IMG/VR virus record: IMGVR_UViG_3300037418_000950
Source of the DNA: a virus
Taxonomy: Duplodnaviria > Heunggongvirae > Uroviricota > Caudoviricetes
DNA: 60,814 nucleotides
Direction: 5' to 3' (one strand)
Position 1 is the stretch's first letter; each line of letters begins with the position of its first letter. Position numbers and translations under genes: made by a program. Below are positions 6,839 to 14,238 of the stretch, piece after piece. Below the pieces are notes generated by a model. It saw only the letters and a list, made by a program, of their open reading frames with translations, was not told the origin of the DNA and searched no databases.

Positions 6839-7173
6839 AGTTTGCCATAGCTCGCGGTTATTTGTGGTTCATCGTAAGTCAGGTTGGGTTTGAATTTTGC
6901 GCGTAGGGCCGAGAGAAACATCTTCGATAGACGCATCTTTCGTTCTTCTTCGTCGGGATATACCGAGAAATCATATTCCCACCATTGATAGGGACACGGA
7001 CCTTCACCACACAAAGGACAGGTGCCTACTTTGTGTGTCCATCCATGTTCGCAATAATGACAAACCTGATAGTCTTCAAGAAGCACCCCGACCGTACAAG
7101 GAACATGTTCCTTATTGATCCAGACGCGTTTCTTGGTGATGGAAGTTGTTTCGGATTTCTTTTTTCGTGCCAT
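6835..7173 (-). CDS. Hypothetical Cys-rich (Zn-binding-like) protein; likely start 7173
   Basis: CHYC...CPLC motifs; TAATG coupling with upstream ORF. Confidence 0.65.
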   Translation of the reverse strand: MARKKKSETTSITKKRVWINKEHVPCTVGVLLEDYQVCHYCEHGWTHKVGTCPLCGEGPCPYQWWEYDFSVYPDEEERKMRLSKMFLSALRAKFKPNLTYDEPQITASYGKL

Positions 7174-7520
7174 TACCGCAATGCCTTCAAAATGTTGATG
7201 CACTCGTTATAGATGCGACCAGAATCGATGCTGTATTCTTGTTGGTTGCGATAGTACATGAGTGTCACAACATCCAACATACGATTGGCATATCCCATGG
7301 CCTGGACGTGTGCGGGACCTTCCCAATTATGTTCACCCTTTTTGACTTCATAATCCCATGGGTCGGACAACGTAATTAATTGATGGTCTTTAAGATAAAG
7401 CGCAAGTTGCTTGTCCATAGACAGCTTCTTGACTTCATCCCGTCGCCGTTTCGCCTCAACAAGAGACGCTTCCAAAGTATCGATATGCTTGGTTAGGCTT
7501 TCATAACTTTCGAGTGCCAT
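7173..7520 (-). CDS. Hypothetical protein
   Basis: 115-aa ORF with GGAG SD. Confidence 0.7.
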   Translation of the reverse strand: MALESYESLTKHIDTLEASLVEAKRRRDEVKKLSMDKQLALYLKDHQLITLSDPWDYEVKKGEHNWEGPAHVQAMGYANRMLDVVTLMYYRNQQEYSIDSGRIYNECINILKALR

Positions 7521-7523
7521 TGT

Positions 7524-7856
7524 CTACTCCATAAAACGAAATGCGATTGGTTTGCCAATGTTGCGGGCGTGCTGAACTTCCATTTCGACTCCCGTGGATT
7601 CATGCCATCCATCGAGCGCCAGAACCCACAATTCTTGACACGCATCAATCATGGCCTTGTCGAAATGTTCCCAAAACGCAAACTCTTTCGGTAAGTCAAA
7701 CTTCGCCGCCAGCGGATGGCAATGCACGATTGGGGAATAGATCACGAACCCTTCATTGATTTTTCGGGCGGTGAATTCCAGAACCTTTTCGTAGCGGTGT
7801 TCGACCACCTTGGGATCGGCATGAGTGTAGGGAGAAGATACAAAAATGAAGCTCAT
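7524..7856 (-). CDS. DUF1937 / nucleoside 2-deoxyribosyltransferase-like protein (likely start 7856)
   Basis: FVSSPYT...YSPIVHCHPLA...MIDACQELWVLALDGWHESTGVEMEV pattern; GGAG SD before MSFIFV. Confidence 0.7.
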   Translation of the reverse strand: MSFIFVSSPYTHADPKVVEHRYEKVLEFTARKINEGFVIYSPIVHCHPLAAKFDLPKEFAFWEHFDKAMIDACQELWVLALDGWHESTGVEMEVQHARNIGKPIAFRFME

Positions 7857-7884
7857 AGGTTTCTCTTGATTACTGCGACGGGTG

Positions 7885-8061
7885 TTATTGGTTTGTAATA
7901 TACAACCACACAAATGCGAACGCGATGGCGATATAAAGGAATAGGTTCCAACCAATATCAAGCCATGCTGCATACAGCATTAGGCCAGTGGCAATTAGAC
8001 AAGTGCCGATGATGGCGAATACGATGCTCCAGGCAAAGACATTGAGAATGTTGAATATCAT
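7885..8061 (-). CDS. 58-aa 2-TM membrane protein (below ORF-track cutoff)
   Basis: Hand translation MIFNILNVFAWSIVFAIIGTCLIATGLMLYAAWLDIGWNLFLYIAIAFAFVWLYITNQ; ATGA overlap with upstream ORF. Confidence 0.6.
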   Translation of the reverse strand: MIFNILNVFAWSIVFAIIGTCLIATGLMLYAAWLDIGWNLFLYIAIAFAFVWLYITNQ

Positions 8062-8309
8062 ACTTGAGGCCCGAGTGTAATTTTTTCAAGAATGTCACGA
8101 AGGGCTGCCAATTCCCCTTGACGGCAACCATTTTCAAAACCGTCTGAGTAACAATCATCGTAATTACCATGACTGTATGGTATACCATCTTCATCTATTG
8201 AAATACCGTAGAAGCTATTCACATGCGGATTTTTTTCCTTGTGTCGTGCAAGTTGTTCCTCAATATCTGCAATATGAAATTTCAAATAAGCGACAATATC
8301 AATAGTCAT
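8058..8309 (-). CDS. Hypothetical protein
   Basis: 83-aa ORF with AGGAG SD. Confidence 0.7.
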   Translation of the reverse strand: MTIDIVAYLKFHIADIEEQLARHKEKNPHVNSFYGISIDEDGIPYSHGNYDDCYSDGFENGCRQGELAALRDILEKITLGPQV

Positions 8310-8331
8310 TCTGTATCTCCTGTAGTTGTTT

Positions 8332-9366
8332 CTAAAGTCCTACCATTGCTTGGATCATGGAAAAATGATCCTCAAAAAACTTGTCACGGTTCAATACGAC
8401 TTCGGCGTAGGGAACCCAGAAAGCCTTATCCGCGTCGTCGCTTCCTTTGACTCGGGGTAAGTCAAAACCATCATTGAGCTTGATATCGAAGCATTCGGTG
8501 ATAGTGCGTCCCCTAGTCGAGCGGTTGGGATTGTCAAAGACTCGGCGGCCTGTAATGCTTCCCTTGATGACAGGTTTGGGCACATCGATTCGGGTTTCTT
8601 CGTAGAGTTCACGTATCACCGCTTCTTCAAGGGATTCGGTTTGATTGACAAAGCCGCCAGGGAGCGCCCATAAACCTTCCCCAGGTTGATCGCGACGCGT
8701 CACTAATAGAAGGTGCCCCGACTGTCTTACAACGGCGTCTACAGTCACAAACGTCGGTGGGTAAGGAGCTTTCTCCCAACCCTTCTTATAATCGCGAATG
8801 TGTTCATATTCTCTTACGAGACGCTTGTATTCATCAGTTTCGTCCCACGCCAAAAGCCATTCATAAACTGCATCCGTGGCACAATACGATTTCCAAACTT
8901 TTAGATTATCTTCAAACAATGCCTTGCGGAAGTCGGTCGCGTTCTGCCCGTTGATAGGCGTGATCGAGACGAATTCATATTGGGGGAATTTCTTGAGATA
9001 GTAAGTGGTATGATCTTTGTCATACCCGATGATGCCGACCGTCTTACCATCGGCGGACCACGGTTCATTGAGAATGAGGGTATTGACCGATGCCTGAATC
9101 GAAGCAATCCAACGGTCATCATTATACATGTAATCGACTTGAGGGACAAAACGAATTCGTTGACGTTCCTCGGGTTTCAGAGACAATGTGATAAGTTTGA
9201 TACGTTCTTTGGTAGAGAAGGGATCGCGAATGTCGGCGGCTTTTTGATCCGAGCCAATGACCATGATCAAGGTTTCACATATTTCGAGAGCTTTGCGAAT
9301 GACGTGAACGTGACCGCAGTGAATAGGTTGGAATCGTCCAATATAGACGAGATAATCGTGTTGCAT
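8332..9366 (-). CDS. Bifunctional NMN adenylyltransferase / ADP-ribose Nudix hydrolase (NadM-Nudix, NatV-like)
   Basis: IGRFQPIHCGH (HxGH) N-domain; Nudix box GGFVNQTESLEEAVIRELYEET; GSDDA motif. Confidence 0.93.
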   Translation of the reverse strand: MQHDYLVYIGRFQPIHCGHVHVIRKALEICETLIMVIGSDQKAADIRDPFSTKERIKLITLSLKPEERQRIRFVPQVDYMYNDDRWIASIQASVNTLILNEPWSADGKTVGIIGYDKDHTTYYLKKFPQYEFVSITPINGQNATDFRKALFEDNLKVWKSYCATDAVYEWLLAWDETDEYKRLVREYEHIRDYKKGWEKAPYPPTFVTVDAVVRQSGHLLLVTRRDQPGEGLWALPGGFVNQTESLEEAVIRELYEETRIDVPKPVIKGSITGRRVFDNPNRSTRGRTITECFDIKLNDGFDLPRVKGSDDADKAFWVPYAEVVLNRDKFFEDHFSMIQAMVGL

Positions 9367-9405
9367 CCAATAAACTCCTTATTGGGATTAGAAGGATTGA
9401 TCTAT

Positions 9406-9693
9406 TCAATCCTTGGGTTTGTAAAACATGTTGTAAATGGTTTCGACGGTCATAATGGCGAGAAAGCCAACGCCCGCCGCGATATACGCACTAACATATA
9501 AAATCCAGAATACAGGCCATATCAAAATGAGCAAAACGTAAGGCATATTTCTTTCGACTATGTCTTGTACGTCTGATTTCTTGGTGCCGTACTTGTTGAA
9601 GCTACGCATTTCTCGGGCATAGTCGTCATATATTATGAAGCAATAAGTGCCGAAACCTATGAGTATATAGGCAATGATAATAAGCGAAATCAT
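9406..9693 (-). CDS. Small 2-TM membrane protein (paralog array)
   Basis: Two hydrophobic helices, Y-x-x-x-G-F and WP motifs. Confidence 0.7.
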   Translation of the reverse strand: MISLIIIAYILIGFGTYCFIIYDDYAREMRSFNKYGTKKSDVQDIVERNMPYVLLILIWPVFWILYVSAYIAAGVGFLAIMTVETIYNMFYKPKD

Positions 9694-9953
9694 TTGCTTA
9701 ACTTTCTACCTAAGAAGTCACGCGTGTATTTGATATAAGCATAGGCCAGTAGAATAAGCATCAGAGGCCATAACCAGAATGTAATGTCGGAATAATACTT
9801 GATTTCCTCAAGCGTCATTCGTTTTTCGTCGGGATCGTAACGAACAACAAAGCGCCATTCGTTACAAAGACCTGCATACACCAGAACGCTTAGAGCGAAC
9901 CCAACAATCAGATAGGTTCCGAGTATCCCAACTAAGCCACCGAGTATGATCAT
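9690..9953 (-). CDS. Small 2-TM membrane protein (paralog array)
   Basis: YLIVGF...WLWP; ATGA coupling. Confidence 0.7.
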   Translation of the reverse strand: MIILGGLVGILGTYLIVGFALSVLVYAGLCNEWRFVVRYDPDEKRMTLEEIKYYSDITFWLWPLMLILLAYAYIKYTRDFLGRKLSK

Positions 9954-10180
9954 TTCTTGCGGCTCATTTTCTTAGAAGCCGCTTCCTGTAAGTCTGTAAT
10001 CAAACCCATCCCAACGTAGAAGACGAGGAAGATAAACAAGGCTGGCCAAACAACAATACAGAGCTTGCTGATTGTATCTACGTCCGCATTAATTTCAGGA
10101 TGGTCGGCGGCCCATGCTCGGAGCCATGCCCCGACATAGAAGCCCACTGTGACATATCCAATCAGAGCAAGGATGATCAT
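9950..10180 (-). CDS. Small 2-TM membrane protein (paralog array)
   Basis: YVTVGF...VVWP; ATGA coupling. Confidence 0.7.
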   Translation of the reverse strand: MIILALIGYVTVGFYVGAWLRAWAADHPEINADVDTISKLCIVVWPALFIFLVFYVGMGLITDLQEAASKKMSRKK

Positions 10181-10317
10181 TTGTCCACCACTAAGATCAC
10201 GGGAGGGGTGACGTTGTTGGCCTTCAAGGCTTCGATAGCCTTGACGGCTTTGGCTCGGTCAGAAAATTCTATAAACAAGGGCACACCACCAGGGGCGGCC
10301 AAAATCAAATAAACCAC
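10177..10317 (-). CDS. 46-aa hypothetical protein (below ORF-track cutoff)
   Basis: AAGGA SD, GTG start, VVYLILAAPGGVPLFIEFSDRAKAVKAIEALKANNVTPPVILVVDK; ATGA overlap downstream. Confidence 0.45.
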   Translation of the reverse strand: MVYLILAAPGGVPLFIEFSDRAKAVKAIEALKANNVTPPVILVVDK

Positions 10318-10320
10318 GTA

Positions 10321-10767
10321 TCATTCCTTTGTAGCTAGATGTTCGTTCAGTGCTTCGATGGTTGGATATTCAGGTATGAACCAACCGTAATGCGGCGTTA
10401 GAGGGTTGACCTTTTCGATTGGCTGATTTTCATCAAGCCATTTGTAGATCGATGAATATCCCTCGGTGATTTCCCGTAGCACCAACAGGAAAGTCGCCGC
10501 GTTGGCGAAGTAGACGGTATAGATTTCCCTATACCATAAGTCGCCAAAAAATATGTCGCTTGTAGCTTCCTGCCACAAGTCGAACTTTGATGGTTTGAAA
10601 ATTAGAGAAAGATAACTAATGACCACATAGAAGTCGTTGGTCATCCCCTTGCGCGGAGTAACGAGCTTGGGACCAACAAGCTCAATTCCATCTGTATGAT
10701 ACACCCCAGGTTTGCCTGATAGCAATACCTCAAATGCAACAATCGGCTTAAAATTTCTTGTACTCAT
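10321..10767 (-). CDS. Hypothetical protein
   Basis: 148-aa ORF starting just after tRNA-Leu. Confidence 0.65.
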   Translation of the reverse strand: MSTRNFKPIVAFEVLLSGKPGVYHTDGIELVGPKLVTPRKGMTNDFYVVISYLSLIFKPSKFDLWQEATSDIFFGDLWYREIYTVYFANAATFLLVLREITEGYSSIYKWLDENQPIEKVNPLTPHYGWFIPEYPTIEALNEHLATKE

Positions 10768-10773
10768 TATAAC

Positions 10774-10852
10774 TGGTAGGGGAGGTGGGGGTCGAACCCA
10801 CAGACGACCCTGATTTTAAATCAGGCGGCGATACCAGTTAGCCTACTCCCCC
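10774..10852 (-). tRNA. tRNA-Leu (UAA anticodon) with short variable region
   Basis: GGGGGAG-TA-GGCT-AACTGGTAT-CGCC-G-CCTGA-TT[TAA]AA-TCAGG-GTCGTCT-GTGGG-TTCGACC-CCCAC-CTCCCCT-A-CCA. Confidence 0.88.
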
Positions 10853-11052
10853 ACTTTTTCGAACCCCCGTATGTATCCTTTGTCATCTGCGAAATACTTC
10901 AACAGATGTTGCCCACAGCGGCAATCTATGTATTTGTCTCCCCCAGGCGTCAGCTTGACTGTACGTCGCGCGCCATAGGGAATGCAAAGAACGTCTTCGA
11001 CAACTTTGACTTGATCGTTCTCGTGAAGATCAGTCAGTAAGAACTTTCCCAA
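10843..11052 (-). CDS. 69-aa hypothetical protein whose TAG stop lies inside tRNA-Leu
   Basis: ORF track; stop equals tRNA positions 8-10. Confidence 0.55.
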   Translation of the reverse strand: MGKFLLTDLHENDQVKVVEDVLCIPYGARRTVKLTPGGDKYIDCRCGQHLLKYFADDKGYIRGFEKVGE

Positions 11053-11170
11053 CCTTGAATTTCTTCCGAGAATATACCTTTTTCGACTTGACTACCTTTG
11101 GTTTGAAAGGTGAGTCTTTCGCGTAAAGTTCAAGGGCTCTATACTTCGGGCGTTTTGAAACTTTTTCCAT
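11030..11170 (-). CDS. 46-aa basic ArfA-like (alternative ribosome-rescue factor-like) protein
   Basis: Hand translation MEKVSKRPKYRALELYAKDSPFKPKVVKSKKVYSRKKFKVGKVLTD; PF(K/R)x(K/R)V-x-K-x-K-K-x-Y-x-R-K resembles the ArfA core. Confidence 0.5.
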   Translation of the reverse strand: MEKVSKRPKYRALELYAKDSPFKPKVVKSKKVYSRKKFKVGKVLTD

Positions 11171-11176
11171 CGCCGT

Positions 11177-11205
11177 AGTATAGACCCTTTCTACTTAAAA
11201 ATCAA
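11177..11205 (-). promoter_or_regulatory. Sigma70-type promoter giving a probable leaderless mRNA
   Basis: TTGATT-17 nt-TATACT-6 nt-ATG. Confidence 0.65.
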
Positions 11206-11402
11206 GCCTTGGGATCGGGTTGAGTAACGGGAGCTACTTGGGCCTGTGACTGAGACTGACCCGCATTATCATGGAACCCGTTGACAAGGTAGTCTTCTAA
11301 CTTCGATGCTGTTTGTAGTAGTCCATGAAGATGGATGTCGCCATCACCCCAAATATCGATGGCTGCCCCGAGGGCGATGTGTCGTACTTCTGTAATATCC
11401 AA
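11202..11402 (-). CDS. Hypothetical protein
   Basis: 66-aa ORF, TTG start 1 nt after upstream stop. Confidence 0.55.
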   Translation of the reverse strand: MDITEVRHIALGAAIDIWGDGDIHLHGLLQTASKLEDYLVNGFHDNAGQSQSQAQVAPVTQPDPKA

Positions 11403-11403
11403 A

Positions 11404-11544
11404 TTATTTTTCCTTATGCTTCTTCATACATTCTTCGATAACTTTTTTGGCCCGTTCAGAGGGCATGTCTCCAATATCGATGTAGAATATTTTCGATTCC
11501 TTGCCGTCCTGAATGCGTTTGATTATTTGAATATCGTTACTCAC
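11404..11544 (-). CDS. 46-aa mini-protein similar to a conserved portal (gp20) segment
   Basis: GTG start overlapping regA end; KIFYIDIGDMPSERAKKVIEECMKKHKEK vs portal RVFYIDVGDMPHAKAQQYVQDIIAKHKSK. Confidence 0.55.
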   Translation of the reverse strand: MSNDIQIIKRIQDGKESKIFYIDIGDMPSERAKKVIEECMKKHKEK

Positions 11545-11956
11545 TAATCTTCTTCTTTCCGCCCATAGAATACTTACTGACCAATTTCCAATTTGGTCGG
11601 TCCTTATAGGCAATCACTTTGATGTGGTTCATCGCTGCCATTGGTTGCAGCATTTCAGGCGGCGAGACAATCTTGCAACCTGGAATCCATTGTTCCAATA
11701 GGGTTGCGATGCGGTTGCGGCGTGCCTTATCTTCTTCGGAAAAATCCGTATCCTTGCCGTCGAGGGCGAACATTTCTTTGAAGTGAACGATGTAGTAGTG
11801 CCCCTGTTTGTGCAGGATATGACAGCTTTGATACAGCGTGTTATCCCTACGGGACGCGATACCTACTCGTTCAAGTGTTTCAAGAATTTTTAGAAAGTCG
11901 TTACGTTCAGCTAATTTCACTTCAATGAACGTAGAAATCAATTCATTATTTGACAT
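11537..11956 (-). CDS. regA: Translational repressor RegA
   Basis: DFLKILETLERVGIAS...LYQSCHILHKQGHYYIVHFKEMFALDGK. Confidence 0.95.
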   Translation of the reverse strand: MSNNELISTFIEVKLAERNDFLKILETLERVGIASRRDNTLYQSCHILHKQGHYYIVHFKEMFALDGKDTDFSEEDKARRNRIATLLEQWIPGCKIVSPPEMLQPMAAMNHIKVIAYKDRPNWKLVSKYSMGGKKKISE

Positions 11957-12341
11957 TTACAATACCACCTTTGGATGAATGCTCTTTTATTGTTTTTATT
12001 TGTGATTCATTCAGAAGTGATAAAGCCTGTTTGGCTTTCGTTGTGTTGTAACCAAAGTATTGCTTAATCAGTTCCAAATTGTCATCGTCTACCTTGGATT
12101 TCTTCAGCCATTTCGCATAACGTTTGCGTGGTTTGACTGCATGAAGTAGGTAGGTGTATTGCCAGCGCTTGGGAACATGGGAATTCATGTTCATTTCATT
12201 GGCCAACATTACTGTATCGGGGTAAAACGATAGCCCCCTATTTATCAAAAAAGGAACGTAAGCATTTTCAAATTCATGGTCATCAAGGTCTCCGAGGGTC
12301 TTAGTCTCGGATACGACTTTCAACATATCCCATGGTGTCAT
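11946..12341 (-). CDS. 62: Clamp loader small subunit gp62
   Basis: YVPFLINRGLSFYPDTVMLANEMN...VKPRKRYAKW...YFGYN..KA..AL. Confidence 0.92.
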   Translation of the reverse strand: MTPWDMLKVVSETKTLGDLDDHEFENAYVPFLINRGLSFYPDTVMLANEMNMNSHVPKRWQYTYLLHAVKPRKRYAKWLKKSKVDDDNLELIKQYFGYNTTKAKQALSLLNESQIKTIKEHSSKGGIVNVK

Positions 12342-12532
12342 TTCGTCTTCTTCTTACCCTCAAGTTTGTCGGCGCATGACTTGCAAATCAACAAGTCTTG
12401 CACGGCCCCATTTCCATATTTCATTTTGATGGTGGCCGCATTGGCGTAATCGTCGGATTTTGACCCACACGTCTGACAGATGAATGAGTTATTGAAGAAT
12501 GACTTCAACCACATCAGAAATCTATACAGCAT
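12338..12532 (-). CDS. Small CxxC-CxxC hypothetical protein
   Basis: CQTC...CKSC; ATGA coupling. Confidence 0.6.
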   Translation of the reverse strand: MLYRFLMWLKSFFNNSFICQTCGSKSDDYANAATIKMKYGNGAVQDLLICKSCADKLEGKKKTK

Positions 12533-12542
12533 GGGAGTCTCC

Positions 12543-13493
12543 TTATTTAAGTTGGCAGTGCCCCATAACTTCTACGAGACAGGCGATGGTATTTATCTCC
12601 TGTATGGGCACAAATGCGGTCTGATACGAATACTTATTCAGGATCAATATAAACTCAGGAATTGATGCTTTTTCGATAAGTTCATCGGCCTTGGTGAAAA
12701 GCGTGTTGAACAGTTCGGCGGGCTCAATGTCGGAATGATCGTGAACCCACTTACGGCAACCTGTAAAATTCTTGACCTTCATCATTCCCGCAAGGTCTGA
12801 AATGTTGGTGTCATTGAAGTTGACCAGGATGCCTGAATCGATCTTCCCAACGGCTTCGGCATAGCCCTGGAGTTCGCCCAGAGCCTTGCGCCAGTCGGGG
12901 AAGTGTTTGTTGATTAGACCTGCGACCGCCATCTTGTCAGCCTCATAGCCTTCCTTGGCTAGGATGGCCAGGAAGCGCTTGAGAAACTGTGCTTTGAGGG
13001 TTTTCTTTTCAGCCGATGGTGTCTTGAATTCGATGGACACACATCGAGATTTCAAGGCATCAAGTATCTTGGCTGAGTAATTGACGGTCAGAATGAAGCC
13101 GCAATACTTGCTGTATTCTTCCATGAAGTTACGCAAGGCGGGCTGAGTTGAGTTGGGATTAAGAAAGTCGGCTTCGTCCAGGATGACATACTTGCGACCG
13201 TCGCCCATGATAGACAGAGACGACGCGAAGTTTCGAATGTCATTACGCAGCGTATCGATGTTACCTTGAAGCGATCCGTTGATTATGATATAGTCACAAC
13301 CAAGTTCCTCTAACATCGCACGGGCAACCGTCGTCTTACCCGTACCACTTGAGCCTGATAGAAGTAGGTTCGGGATATTCTTCTGAGCTACATATTGCTC
13401 AAATGATTGTTTGATGAAAGTAGGAAGGATACAATCCTTCACTCTCTTTGGACGATGTTTTTCAGCCCAAAGATAGTCTAGGTATTCACTCAT
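12543..13493 (-). CDS. 44: Clamp loader large subunit gp44 (AAA+)
   Basis: LWAEKHRP, GSSGTGKTT, ILDEAD, ALKSRC. Confidence 0.95.
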   Translation of the reverse strand: MSEYLDYLWAEKHRPKRVKDCILPTFIKQSFEQYVAQKNIPNLLLSGSSGTGKTTVARAMLEELGCDYIIINGSLQGNIDTLRNDIRNFASSLSIMGDGRKYVILDEADFLNPNSTQPALRNFMEEYSKYCGFILTVNYSAKILDALKSRCVSIEFKTPSAEKKTLKAQFLKRFLAILAKEGYEADKMAVAGLINKHFPDWRKALGELQGYAEAVGKIDSGILVNFNDTNISDLAGMMKVKNFTGCRKWVHDHSDIEPAELFNTLFTKADELIEKASIPEFILILNKYSYQTAFVPIQEINTIACLVEVMGHCQLK

Positions 13494-13507
13494 TACATTC
13501 TTTCAGA

Positions 13508-14173
13508 TTAGTTGCCGAACTTACTCAGGGCGGCGTCGAGCACAATCCAATATTCAACGTCTGGATTCTTGAACCAAGAAAATCCCTTCGACGTAATGCT
13601 GACTTCATAGTCCAGAGGCAACAACTTCAGGTGTTCGCCTTTGATGACGAGTTCGCAGTTGTGGGAGGTTTCACCGATTGTCAGCGTATATCGGTCTTTG
13701 ACAACGTTTTTGGAGTCTCGTGTCTGAATAGACAATTGCTTTCCATCACCGACGACCACCATAAGGTCCGACTGTAGAATAGCCATGGCCTTACGAACTT
13801 CCTGAAAATTCTCGTTGGTGAATGTGAATTGAACTTCACAGTTGGTCAGCTTGGGTTCCTTGTCGGGCGCGACCGTCATGAAGTTTTCGGCAGTGTAAAC
13901 ATACTCTACGCGGTTGTTGTTGCCCTTGATGATACACGAAGTATCCCCGAAAGTAATTTCAGGATTTCCAAAAAGCGACAGAACCGACATGAACTTGTTA
14001 AGTTCACCAATGCAAAATTCGGCTTCTATTTCATCCGTGATGTAGGCTTTGGCCAGAATGGACTTAGAGAGGGGAGAAACCGTTTTGAGAATTTTGCCCT
14101 TGGTGAACTTAATTCCTGGATTAATGGTATAAAAATTCTTGAGTACATCAAGTGTTTTCACGTCAAATTTCAT
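13508..14173 (-). CDS. 45: Sliding clamp gp45
   Basis: TLDVLKNFYTINPGI...KFMSVLSLFGNPEI; position before gp44. Confidence 0.9.
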   Translation of the reverse strand: MKFDVKTLDVLKNFYTINPGIKFTKGKILKTVSPLSKSILAKAYITDEIEAEFCIGELNKFMSVLSLFGNPEITFGDTSCIIKGNNNRVEYVYTAENFMTVAPDKEPKLTNCEVQFTFTNENFQEVRKAMAILQSDLMVVVGDGKQLSIQTRDSKNVVKDRYTLTIGETSHNCELVIKGEHLKLLPLDYEVSITSKGFSWFKNPDVEYWIVLDAALSKFGN

Positions 14174-14209
14174 AGGGAAGTATAGTATCCTTCAATTATT
14201 AGAGTCTGA

Positions 14210-14238
14210 ATTATACTCCAATTTTCACTTTTTTACAA
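14210..14238 (-). promoter_or_regulatory. Sigma70-type promoter for gp45 operon
   Basis: TTGTAA-17 nt-TATAAT. Confidence 0.7.

Noticed and set aside
7857-7973. ORF-track N-terminal extension of the DUF1937 gene
   Set aside because: It overlaps a better 58-aa membrane ORF in another frame; a GGAG SD sits just before the ATG at 7856
11545-11613. ORF-track N-terminal extension of the portal-like mini-ORF (start 11613)
   Set aside because: It lies wholly within regA in another frame; the GTG at 11544 overlapping the regA end is a more plausible start
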